The notes: a model not told the origin generated them from the sequence alone. A stretch of DNA of 64,000 nt from Gammaproteobacteria bacterium (GCA_965202915.1 OZ241847.1:181565-245564), one strand, 5' to 3'; positions 47,661-56,383 are shown, counted from the stretch's first letter. Made by a program: numbers and translations.

Positions 47661-49271
47661 TTAAGTGGGGTCAATGATTCCTTCGCCAATCATGCGAATC
47701 GCGGTAACACTGGGGACAAAAAAGTAATCTCCTCCCCTTGTTTCCACAAAGCGAGGGAGGTTGCTGCAGAATAAAGGAGCATCCTGACCATTTTCAGGAT
47801 CGGCTTCGATCATGGTCCGGCCCGCTGGTTTTCCATTCTCAGTTGAATGGTTTCCTAATAAAGGGTCCTTGTCGTTTGATAGTTTAAAGTCATTTCCATA
47901 GTTGATCCATTGCTGCTGCAAAAATTCAAATTGCCTTTTAATGCTGGTATTGAGTGCCATAAAAATGATGCCGTGTTCTCCATCGTCCTTAGTCGGATCT
48001 TTTACTTCTCCATACGGCAGGCCGCGCCTCGCGATACGACGCCGATTGTCCAAGGCTCCGGGTGTGTTAAATGGTTTTTCCTTTGCCTTGTCTTTCACAA
48101 ACTCTAAATATCCACGAGGGTTATTTCTGCGAACGTGGGCACCGAAGGGACATCCTGCTCCATCCAGGTCGTGGTTGTAATCAAAGGCAACGAGTCTTTT
48201 TTTAAGCTCTTCTAACTCTTCCTGAGCCTGTTTGGCGGCCGCTTTATTATTGGCGGCCCTGGCTGCGTCTCGTTTAGCCCTGGTCTCACTGATAGTTGTA
48301 ATGAATTGATCTGCCTCTTCCCGGGTGGGAAAGGTGGTGATAGGGGCTCCATTTTTCCACCTTCCTGCAAATTTGGCGGCAAGCATATCTTTTCCACCCG
48401 GCAAATCTTTGCCTTTCTCTTCTAAATAGCGGTTAAAACTGCCTACGTTTTCATGCAGTTTTCGATAAACCATGAACGTTCCATTGAAAGAGAGCAGGCG
48501 CGGCTCAGGGGCGATGGGGTATTCCTGCAATTCATCTCGATGTCCTAAAATGAATTCTCCGGTTCCCAAGGGCTCCCATCCCTCACGAGTAGAGGGATCT
48601 AAACGGGTGGGCTTTCCTCCGCCTATGACACTGATGCCGGTTTTGATACATCCTTCAAAATAGGGGTCGCTAATTCCATCGGTATAACCGAAGTGTTCTT
48701 TAGGGGTGGGATTACCGTTTTCATCAAAAACGGCGGAGGCCGCTTGATACTCTTGATTCTCCCCCTGGTGTCCCAGCAGTTGTTCCACGCCTCCTTTTGT
48801 GCGGTCTTTGTGATCACAAATTACTTGATAGCGTTCTTTTAACGCGTTCTTATTTTGGGCGTTGATTGTGATTAAAATATCCACCGGGTTCTTCCAAATC
48901 GGGTCCCAGTTTTCCGGTGCACTGGCTTCATCGTCTCCCAGAATATTGATGCGGTCCTTCATTCCCATAATAAATTCTTCAGGAAAGCTATTCAGCGATT
49001 TAGTGGGCACGCCTAAGTGTTTTAATCCTTGAAAGGTAAAAGCGATATTTGTTGTAATTTGCGGGATTTTTGTTTTGTCTTCCTCTGAGCTTTTAGGATT
49101 CCATGGGGCGCCGGTTGTAATGAGATCAAGCAGGTTAAGGAGAAATTGGCGACCTGCGTCGCCTTGATGGACCCGATAGAAAACATAGCGGGCATAGGGG
49201 AAACCAAAACGGCCGTATCCTTTGATCACGTTGCCCTGAATATCATGCAAATCGAGTGCCGTGTTTGTCAT
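47661..49271 (-). CDS. DyP-type haem peroxidase (large, 536 aa, no signal peptide)
   Basis: Contains LHDIQGNVIKGY, the GXXDG motif FGYTDGISDP, the proximal-His region GAHVRRNNPR, the distal-Arg region RRGLPYG, and FEFLQQQW. It has a ~30-aa Ala/Lys/Glu coiled-coil insert. Confidence 0.9.
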   Translation of the reverse strand: MTNTALDLHDIQGNVIKGYGRFGFPYARYVFYRVHQGDAGRQFLLNLLDLITTGAPWNPKSSEEDKTKIPQITTNIAFTFQGLKHLGVPTKSLNSFPEEFIMGMKDRINILGDDEASAPENWDPIWKNPVDILITINAQNKNALKERYQVICDHKDRTKGGVEQLLGHQGENQEYQAASAVFDENGNPTPKEHFGYTDGISDPYFEGCIKTGISVIGGGKPTRLDPSTREGWEPLGTGEFILGHRDELQEYPIAPEPRLLSFNGTFMVYRKLHENVGSFNRYLEEKGKDLPGGKDMLAAKFAGRWKNGAPITTFPTREEADQFITTISETRAKRDAARAANNKAAAKQAQEELEELKKRLVAFDYNHDLDGAGCPFGAHVRRNNPRGYLEFVKDKAKEKPFNTPGALDNRRRIARRGLPYGEVKDPTKDDGEHGIIFMALNTSIKRQFEFLQQQWINYGNDFKLSNDKDPLLGNHSTENGKPAGRTMIEADPENGQDAPLFCSNLPRFVETRGGDYFFVPSVTAIRMIGEGIIDPT

Positions 49272-49335
49272 AGGTCTTTTACCTGGCTATAAGAGATTTT
49301 TTGTTTCATCCTGTTTTGTCTTGATTTAATCGGGA

Positions 49336-50034
49336 TCATGGGGTGGTTGAGCCTGCTCGCCACGTTGGCCCTGATGTGTTATCGGGTTGAGTTCGCGCGA
49401 CAAATTCTTGAAAGGCTTTTTGCAAGTCTGCGTCACTTTTCCCCTGTTGTTGGTACACAAACCTGGAAAATTCCTGTTTTAAATAGAGGCCTTTCAGATG
49501 GGCCGCCAATGGCTCGTCGTCTTCCTCTGTTTCAGGATCTACTGAACCGTTAAAGAAAAAAGTGGTTTCCACCTGGCACTTTTTGATGTATTCCACAAAA
49601 CCTGTTTCATCCTTGACTTTGTGAAAACCCACACAGTGTTCAAAAACGTGTTCTAATTCTTTTGAGGCCGCATTCCACGCTCCTTCCAGATAGGCGTCCA
49701 AATCTCCGTAAAAATTGGAGGCAAATACTAAATATTTTGATTTTAAATGATCTTCTAAAACTGAAATCTTTCCATAAAAAATGTATTGAAACCATCTTTT
49801 AAACAGCCCCCAATCTTTTACCGCAGGTTCTCCTCCCTGATAGGGGACGTCATTCAAAATATAAAATCGGCATAAATAGGTATTGGGGACTTTTGCCATC
49901 GGGCTTTTTTCATTGGTTCCCAAATCCTGCAGGCGACCGCGCATTATGGACGCATAGGAAGTATTTTGATGACTTCCATTTTTGATTGGACACAGGGTGG
50001 TAAGCCCATAGGCTTTTTTATTGATGTTTGGCAT
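49336..50034 (-). CDS. Uncharacterised protein, paralogue 2 of the DyP-cassette pair (232 aa)
   Basis: It shares three colinear motifs with the upstream ORF: M-x-N-I-x-x-KAY...P-I; R-(W/F)-x-I-(V/L)-N-x-x-P; Y-(M/L)-x-F-x-SNF-x-G-x4-Y. No TM helix or signal peptide. Confidence 0.7.
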   Translation of the reverse strand: MPNINKKAYGLTTLCPIKNGSHQNTSYASIMRGRLQDLGTNEKSPMAKVPNTYLCRFYILNDVPYQGGEPAVKDWGLFKRWFQYIFYGKISVLEDHLKSKYLVFASNFYGDLDAYLEGAWNAASKELEHVFEHCVGFHKVKDETGFVEYIKKCQVETTFFFNGSVDPETEEDDEPLAAHLKGLYLKQEFSRFVYQQQGKSDADLQKAFQEFVARTQPDNTSGPTWRAGSTTP

Positions 50035-50061
50035 TTTGCTCTTTGGTTTTTTGCTCTTTGG

Positions 50062-50703
50062 TTAAGGGGTCTCTTTTCGTCTGCGATTCTCAACGGCTTC
50101 ACTGGCTAAACTGACTATGGGAGTGGGAGCCATTACGCTGAGATCATGTTGTAAATCGGTAAGTAATTGATTGTATTGTTTTCGAAATTCCCCCGGCGAA
50201 CAACTTCCGGTTCCCGCAACAAACTTATTGAGTGCCACCTTCACTTTTTTGCCTGATTTGACGTCGTTAGAGGAAGCGAGCGGATAGGCATTATAATAAT
50301 GATTAGTCCACACTTGATTATAGGTAATGTAATTATAAAATGCCTGCTCAGGAATGGAATTGGGGTAACGAATATTTTTAGCCCAGAAAAGGTCCAAGCC
50401 GTAGGGAATGGCCGTAGAAAAGGAATCAACGTATTGTTCCCAACTTCCATTAAAATTGCTGAAAAAAAACATGTAGTTATAATTCAGATCTTCCCTGGGT
50501 TGTTCCTCTGACAGCCGAGGAAATTTATTGACTATGGTCCAGCGGGCATAATGGATTAATGACAGGGTTTGTAACCCGGCCCGGCCAGACTTAAAGAACT
50601 TTGTTCCTCCCACCCAAAAAATGATTTTATTCAACCACGTCAGCCTTTTACGAATGGGGGTGACCACGTTCATTGCATAGGCTTTGCCTGCAATATTGGA
50701 CAT
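50062..50703 (-). CDS. Uncharacterised protein, paralogue 1 of the DyP-cassette pair (213 aa)
   Basis: Contains MSNIAGKAYAMNVVTPI, LIHYARWTIVNKFP and NYMFFFSNFNGSWEQYVDSF. It is aromatic-rich with no TM helix or signal peptide. It lies 27 nt upstream of its paralogue. Confidence 0.7.
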   Translation of the reverse strand: MSNIAGKAYAMNVVTPIRKRLTWLNKIIFWVGGTKFFKSGRAGLQTLSLIHYARWTIVNKFPRLSEEQPREDLNYNYMFFFSNFNGSWEQYVDSFSTAIPYGLDLFWAKNIRYPNSIPEQAFYNYITYNQVWTNHYYNAYPLASSNDVKSGKKVKVALNKFVAGTGSCSPGEFRKQYNQLLTDLQHDLSVMAPTPIVSLASEAVENRRRKETP

Positions 50704-50723
50704 TTTTTCTCCTTATTCTCTAA

Positions 50724-51008
50724 TTATACGTCAAATTCAATATTTAGATGAGTGGGAAAAGCACCTTGCATTTGTAGTTTCCCGGCGTCTCCCTCGGCTC
50801 GTCGTAAATTTTTTTGTTTTAACAGGGGGAGAAGAATTCCGGGAATTTGCACTTGGTTGATATATTCACCAAAACAAGTATGTATGCCATAGCCATAGTG
50901 CATATATTCGTGGGGTGGGCGATCAAGACGAAAGGAATCAGGATTTTGAACGTCGTTGCGATCACCCCAATAGTTCAAAAGACTCATGCATTTATCCCTG
51001 TATTTCAT
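50724..51008 (-). pseudogene. C-terminal stub (94 aa) of a cytochrome P450
   Basis: Contains the PERF-like NPDSFRLDRP and the Cys-ligand loop HYGYGIHTCFG, but nothing of the preceding ~300 residues. An in-frame TAA lies 9 codons upstream of the ATG, inside AT-rich promoter DNA. Confidence 0.75.
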
Positions 51009-51027
51009 CCTTGGTATTGATAATAAT

Positions 51028-51055
51028 AGTATAGCTTTAAACTATAAATTGTCAA
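51028..51055 (-). promoter_or_regulatory. Near-consensus sigma70 promoter driving the P450-stub/paralogue/DyP cassette
   Basis: The minus strand reads TTGACA (51055-51050), a 16-nt spacer, then TATACT (51033-51028). It lies about 20 nt upstream of the ATG at 51008. Confidence 0.55.
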
Positions 51056-51104
51056 TTACTTTGAAGGGCTGAGTCATCCGGCGATGCTCGCCCTGGTGGT
51101 AATG

Positions 51105-51113
51105 TGCTATAAT
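51105..51113 (+). promoter_or_regulatory. Extended -10 promoter element (TGCTATAAT) of the small Cys-rich protein gene
   Basis: A perfect TATAAT at 51108-51113 is preceded by TGC. It lies 38 nt upstream of the ATG at 51151. The -35 region is weak. Confidence 0.45.
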
Positions 51114-51150
51114 CTCTGCAATGGGAATATCTGTAGGAAATGATTCATCA

Positions 51151-51420
51151 ATGAAACTTAACAAATTTTTTGTGCCGTTGTTTGCGTGTGTTTTGTTTAT
51201 CGCGTTCCAGAATGACGTTAATGCGGATGAACAACCCCGGACGCCCGCCACTGAGTCCAACCCTCTTGTTTTGCCCGATGAGGATCAGGATGCGGAAGAG
51301 CAGTGCCTTACCGTATGCAGGCAGTGGGGCCAGGATTGTACCCTCAATCCGCGCACCGGCGCCCGCAAATGCAGACGGGTTTGCAAGCAGTTCGGTGAGG
51401 AATGCTTTACTGACTTGTGA
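51151..51420 (+). CDS. Small secreted twin-CX3CX6C protein (89-aa precursor)
   Basis: ATG at 51151 with AGGAAA 10 nt upstream. Signal peptide MKLNKFFVPLFACVLFIAFQNDVNA, then an acidic linker. Next come CLTVCRQWGQDC and CRRVCKQFGEEC, an internal duplication of C-x3-C-x6-C. Confidence 0.7.
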   Translation: MKLNKFFVPLFACVLFIAFQNDVNADEQPRTPATESNPLVLPDEDQDAEEQCLTVCRQWGQDCTLNPRTGARKCRRVCKQFGEECFTDL

Positions 51421-51826
51421 GTATGGACCAGACTCCGTAGTCTGTGTCATCGGTTGTAAGCGGTTCGTATTCGCCATCCATCCGGAAACCATTGTCGCAG
51501 GTATATTGCAGACCGCCGTCATAGAGAAAACCAAATTCATTGTCATCCTTTGACCTCGACGCTGACCCGTTTGTATGCAGGTACGGATTGGGGACGCCGG
51601 TGTTAGCCTTACAGGTCTCCGGGAATGGCCTTAAAACCATCCTGCAAACCGACTTATCCCTTTAACGCGGGCCGCTGCGATGATGCCGCCGTGCGGGAGA
51701 TGGACGGCGGCGGGTTACTATGCTAATATTATGCGCATGCCTTGGAGGGCATGATGTGTTTGTTTGCCATGGATTTGTTGCCGGATTGGCATTGTTTCCG
51801 GATAGTTTATTTTTTGGAGAGACGTT

Positions 51827-53116
51827 TTGACGATTAAACCGCCGGCTGAGGGTGAAAAAATCACTATTCACCAGGGAGTACTCAAGGTGCCGGATAAACC
51901 TGTGATCCCTTATATTGAAGGCGACGGCATTGGGCCGGACGTCTGGCGCGCCACTGAAAAGGTATTGGACGCGGCGGTGCAACGGGCTTATTCCGGTGAC
52001 AGGGAAATCAAGTGGATGGAGGTCTATGCCGGTGAAAAGGCCCACCAGTTGGCCGGTAACTGGTTGCCGGATGACACATTGGACGCCTGTCGTGAATATC
52101 TGGTGGCGATTAAAGGCCCGCTGACCACGCCGATAGGCGGTGGCTTTCGGTCGCTCAACGTGGCACTCAGGCAGATACTGGACCTGTACGTTTGTCTGCG
52201 GCCGATTAGATGGTTTAACGGCGTGCCCTCGCCGATTAAGAACCCGGCATTGGTTGATATGGTGATCTTTCGGGAGAATACCGAGGATATTTACGCCGGT
52301 ATTGAGTTTGAAACCGGTTCCGAGGAGAATGCCCGCTTCCTTGAATTTTTTAAAGATACGTTTCCCACCCTGTTTCAGAAGATTCGCTTCCCTGAATCAT
52401 CGGGCATAGGGATTAAACCGGTTTCCAAACAGGGGACGGCAAGACTGGTTAGGGCGGCCATTCAGTATGCGGTTGATAATGGGCGCAAGAGTGTGACCAT
52501 GGTGCATAAGGGCAATATTATGAAATTTACCGAGGGCGCGTTTCGTAACTGGGGCTATCAACTGTCTGAATCGGAGTTCCCGGAGCACACCTATAGCTGG
52601 GAGCAATGGCAACGTACCGCCGCGGAGAAGGGTTCCGGGGCCGCCAATGAGGAGCAGGAGCAGGCGCTGTCGGCCGGTAAGATCCTGATTAAGGATGCGA
52701 TTGCCGATATTACCCTGCAACAGGTGCTTACCCGTCCCTCTGAATTTGACGTGATCGCGACGATGAATCTGAATGGCGATTATTTGTCCGATGCGCTGGC
52801 GGCGCAGGTTGGCGGCATAGGCATTGCCCCGGGGGGTAATATTAACTATGACACCGGCCATGCGATTTTTGAAGCCACTCATGGCACTGCCCCCAAATAT
52901 GCCAATTTGGATAAGGTCAATCCGGGTTCATTATTACTTTCCGGTGAGATGATGCTGCGTTATCTGGGCTGGACGGAGGCCGCGGACCGGGTTATTGGCG
53001 CCATGGATAAAACCATTGCGGACAAGACCGTGACTTATGATTTTGCCCGGCTGATGGATAATGCCAAAGAAGTAAAATGCAGTGAATTTGCGGACGTTCT
53101 GATAAGTAATTTATAG
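51827..53116 (+). CDS. icd: NADP-dependent isocitrate dehydrogenase
   Basis: 429 aa with a TTG start preceded by GGAGAG. Contains [14 protein letters not shown], the AceK-target region [12 protein letters not shown], and [10 protein letters not shown]. Confidence 0.96.
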   Translation: MTIKPPAEGEKITIHQGVLKVPDKPVIPYIEGDGIGPDVWRATEKVLDAAVQRAYSGDREIKWMEVYAGEKAHQLAGNWLPDDTLDACREYLVAIKGPLTTPIGGGFRSLNVALRQILDLYVCLRPIRWFNGVPSPIKNPALVDMVIFRENTEDIYAGIEFETGSEENARFLEFFKDTFPTLFQKIRFPESSGIGIKPVSKQGTARLVRAAIQYAVDNGRKSVTMVHKGNIMKFTEGAFRNWGYQLSESEFPEHTYSWEQWQRTAAEKGSGAANEEQEQALSAGKILIKDAIADITLQQVLTRPSEFDVIATMNLNGDYLSDALAAQVGGIGIAPGGNINYDTGHAIFEATHGTAPKYANLDKVNPGSLLLSGEMMLRYLGWTEAADRVIGAMDKTIADKTVTYDFARLMDNAKEVKCSEFADVLISNL

Positions 53117-53126
53117 GGGCAATATC

Positions 53127-54872
53127 ATGCCGTCACAAGCGCATGGTGACTTAATAGCGGAATGCTCGCAACTTATCTATGATGGTTTCATCGATTATAA
53201 TAATCGCTTCCATCGTATCACCCGCCGGGCCCAGACCCGGTTTGAAAAACGCGACTGGAAAGGTCATCAGCGGGACGTGGTTGAGCGCGTCGATCTCTAC
53301 GAAAAATCAGTGCGCCGCGTGGTGCTTGAACTGCGCCGTACCATGGGCGCCCATATTAATGATTACCAGCTTTGGAATGAAATAAGAAATTACTTTGGTG
53401 AACGTCTGCTTGAAGTGCCGGACGTCAGTTTTATCAAGACGTTTTTTAATTCAACGACCCGCCGCATCTTCGGCACGATAGGCACTGATCCCAAGCTGGA
53501 GTTTATCGCCGCCGATTCGGTCGATGATCAGGAAATGGCCGCGTCGCTCAATATCCGGCGCTATCCCTACTGGGATTCGGTAAGACGCATCTTTGAAACC
53601 ATACTGGCCGATTTTTCATTTCGTAAACTGCCCTATAATGATCTGGGAAGTAACGCCGAACATATTGCCGCGGTGATAAAGGCTTATTTCAATACCGACC
53701 AATCCCTGGCCATAGGCATACGCCGATTTGAATTTATTAATTCGTTTTTCTACCAAAACGCCCGTGCCTATCTTGTTGGCAGAATTATTCTGGCCGACAG
53801 CATTGTGCCTCTTGTTATTGCATTCAAGAATGAGGACGACGGGGTTTGTGTTGACGCGGTATTACTTACTGAGCCGGAGATCAGTGTCGTATTTGGCTAT
53901 ACCCGGTCTTATTATTTTGCCGATCCCAATTCGGTAATAGGCGCGGTTTATTTCCTGCATTCGATACTCAAAAGCAAGCCCATTGATGAGTTGTACACAG
54001 TGCTGGGACGATTGCGTCAGGGCAAAACCGAGCGCTATAGAATCTTTACCCAGCATATGCGCCGGAGCAGCGATCAATTTGTTCACGCCGCCGGCGATAA
54101 GGGCCTGGTGATGATCGTCTTTACCTACCCCTCCTATGATTTGGTGTTTAAGGTAATACGCGATAAATTTGGTTATCCAAAGGCCATGTCGCGCAAAGAC
54201 GTGATCGGCAAATATAAATTGGTATCGGAACACGACCGTGCCGGGCGTTTGATCGATACGCAGGAGTTTCGCAATCTTGAATATAAGATCGATCGTTTTT
54301 CGGATGCATTGCTGGACGAGTTATTATCCGAAGCGGCCGACACCGTCGAGATTGAGGGCGATAATCTGCTGTTGGGTCACGTTTATATAGAAAGACGGGT
54401 GCGGCCGCTGAATCTGTATATTAATGAGGTGGCGGATGACAAGGCCGGTTTGGCGATCATGGATTACGGCCAGGCGATCAAGGATTTGGCCAATACCAAT
54501 ATTTTTACCGGTGATTTGTTGCTAAAGAATTTTGGCGTAACCAAGCATAATCGGGTGGTCTTTTATGATTATGATGAGGTTTCATTGATCACCGAATGCA
54601 ATTTTCGTGATATTCCCGAAACCAATAATATGGACGATGAAATGCAGGCGGATCAATGGTATTACGTCGGCGAAGACGATATTTTTCCGCAGGAGTTTAT
54701 CAAGTTTTTATCGATGAATGAGAAATTGCGGCGGACGTTTATGAAATATCATGGCGATCTGCTGAGTGCCGATTACTGGCGCGCGATCAAGGCCCGGCTT
54801 TTGGCCGGGGAAGCGTCACCGGTGATCCCGTATGAAAGCTCGGTGATCACCGGCGTTCCCGCGCGACAATGA
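53127..54872 (+). CDS. aceK: Isocitrate dehydrogenase kinase/phosphatase
   Basis: 581 aa with full-length AceK-like colinearity (FDGFIDYNNRFHRITRRA..., ...FPQEFIKFL...). It lies 10 nt downstream of icd. Confidence 0.93.
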   Translation: MPSQAHGDLIAECSQLIYDGFIDYNNRFHRITRRAQTRFEKRDWKGHQRDVVERVDLYEKSVRRVVLELRRTMGAHINDYQLWNEIRNYFGERLLEVPDVSFIKTFFNSTTRRIFGTIGTDPKLEFIAADSVDDQEMAASLNIRRYPYWDSVRRIFETILADFSFRKLPYNDLGSNAEHIAAVIKAYFNTDQSLAIGIRRFEFINSFFYQNARAYLVGRIILADSIVPLVIAFKNEDDGVCVDAVLLTEPEISVVFGYTRSYYFADPNSVIGAVYFLHSILKSKPIDELYTVLGRLRQGKTERYRIFTQHMRRSSDQFVHAAGDKGLVMIVFTYPSYDLVFKVIRDKFGYPKAMSRKDVIGKYKLVSEHDRAGRLIDTQEFRNLEYKIDRFSDALLDELLSEAADTVEIEGDNLLLGHVYIERRVRPLNLYINEVADDKAGLAIMDYGQAIKDLANTNIFTGDLLLKNFGVTKHNRVVFYDYDEVSLITECNFRDIPETNNMDDEMQADQWYYVGEDDIFPQEFIKFLSMNEKLRRTFMKYHGDLLSADYWRAIKARLLAGEASPVIPYESSVITGVPARQ

Positions 54873-54878
54873 GGCCGG

Positions 54879-56273
54879 TTAATTGCCGGTTGGGTGATAC
54901 CAGGCCAGGTGTTCGTGTAATTTGACGACTTCACCAATAATAATCATGCTGGGCGGCTTCACCTGCCGTTGTTTTGCCATAGCCGGCAGGGTTTGCAGGC
55001 TGGCGATATGGACTTTTTGACTGGCGGTGGTGCCCCGCTCGATGATCGCCGCGGGCAGATCCGGGTCCAGGCCGCGATGGATTAATTCATGACTCAATTT
55101 TTCAACGCCGTGCATGCCCATATAGATCGCAATAGTTTGTTGCGGCTGTATCATTGCGTCCCAATTCAGTGACAGCTTTTCGTCCTTCAGGTGGCCGGTG
55201 ACAAATAAGCAGGATTGGGCGAAATCCCGGTGGGTGAGCGGGATGCCGGCATAGCTGGCGCAGCCACTGGCGGCAGTGATGCCGGGCACGACCTGGAACG
55301 GCACGCCCGATTTGGATAGTAATTCTATTTCTTCGCCGCCGCGACCAAAAATAAATGGGTCGCCGCCTTTTAGGCGCAATACCCGTTTCCCCTGTCTGGC
55401 CAGGTCGACCAGTAATTGATTGATTTCAGCTTGTGGAATGGTGTGTTGATCCCGCTGTTTGCCGACAAATAAACGTTCGGCGTCTTTACGCACCAGTGCC
55501 AGCACTGCTTTTGCCACCAGACGGTCGTACAGGACAACGTCGGCCTGCTGCATCAGGCGCAGGGCTCGGAAGGTTAATAAATCCGGATCGCCGGGGCCGC
55601 CGCCGACCAGATAGACCTCGCCCTCGGTGCTGACGTTATCATTGTCCTGAGTGAGATAGTGTTCCAGGGTGGTGATCGCGGCCTGCTCCTGGCCGGCGTA
55701 TAACATCTCTTCAACCGGGCCTTGTAATACCTGTTCCCAGAAGCGCCGTCGTTGTCGCATATCGGTAAAACGCCGGCGCACCCGGTCGCGAAATCGGGCA
55801 ATAATTTTGGCCAGTTTGCCGTAAGAGGCGGGAATGTAGGTTTCCAGACGGGCGCGCAGCAGACGCGAGAGTATGGGCGATACTCCGCCGGAGGATACGG
55901 CAATGAAAACCGGGTCGCGATTAACGATAGACGGCATAATAAAGGTGCAGAGTTCGGGATTGTCAACGACGTTCACCGGTATGTTTTCCGCCCGCGCCAA
56001 TTCGGACACCCGTCGGTTGACTCGGAGGTCGTTGCTGGCGGCGATCACCAGGCAATTGCCGGTTATTAATTCGGCCTTGAATCCGGATGCCACGGTTTTG
56101 ATCCGCTGCTGCTCGGCCAGCGTCTCGATGGCGGCGTTAAACATGGGAGAGACTACGGTGACGTTTGCTCCAAACTCGACCAGTTGGGTTATTTTACGCA
56201 GCGCGACTTCACCGCCGCCGACCACCAGACAGGGGCGGCCGCTGATCTGCATGGATATCGGTAGATAGGCCAT
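54879..56273 (-). CDS. cysG: Siroheme synthase (precorrin-2 dehydrogenase/ferrochelatase plus uroporphyrinogen-III C-methyltransferase)
   Basis: 464 aa. The N-terminal Rossmann segment [11 protein letters not shown] and the C-terminal SUMT domain [15 protein letters not shown]...[15 protein letters not shown] are present. Confidence 0.95.
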   Translation of the reverse strand: MAYLPISMQISGRPCLVVGGGEVALRKITQLVEFGANVTVVSPMFNAAIETLAEQQRIKTVASGFKAELITGNCLVIAASNDLRVNRRVSELARAENIPVNVVDNPELCTFIMPSIVNRDPVFIAVSSGGVSPILSRLLRARLETYIPASYGKLAKIIARFRDRVRRRFTDMRQRRRFWEQVLQGPVEEMLYAGQEQAAITTLEHYLTQDNDNVSTEGEVYLVGGGPGDPDLLTFRALRLMQQADVVLYDRLVAKAVLALVRKDAERLFVGKQRDQHTIPQAEINQLLVDLARQGKRVLRLKGGDPFIFGRGGEEIELLSKSGVPFQVVPGITAASGCASYAGIPLTHRDFAQSCLFVTGHLKDEKLSLNWDAMIQPQQTIAIYMGMHGVEKLSHELIHRGLDPDLPAAIIERGTTASQKVHIASLQTLPAMAKQRQVKPPSMIIIGEVVKLHEHLAWYHPTGN

Positions 56274-56383
56274 TATTGTCTATGCTGATACGGTCTTGAG
56301 CGGCACTGTTATAGTGTGTAATAGTATATTGTATCATCAGGAGGGTGATCACCCTTTATAAAGCGCACTATCGGAGGGTTTCG

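Noticed and set aside
41110-51420. A tRNA-adjacent genomic island comprising the giant gene plus the DyP cassette, inserted at tRNA-Lys.
   Set aside because: There is no integrase, transposase or excisionase gene. I could find no direct repeat of the tRNA-Lys 3' end downstream (checked 47.3-47.7 kb and 51.4-51.8 kb by eye). The two segments also have opposite compositional biases, so they are not one island.
51148-51553. ORFs of 132 aa (minus) and 127 aa (plus) overlapping the small Cys-rich gene.
   Set aside because: These are alternative-frame or antisense readings of the same DNA. Only the 51151-51420 frame yields a signal peptide, the repeated Cys motif and a conserved second copy.
51407-51640. 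A 77-aa minus-strand ORF (MVLRPFPETCKANTG...GFLYDGGLQYTCDNGFRMDGEYEP...) convergent with the Cys-rich gene.
   Set aside because: The sequence looks protein-like, but it has no convincing RBS, no recognisable family and a 14-nt overlap with the neighbouring gene end. I left it unresolved rather than calling it. It may be a fragment of a longer ancestral gene.
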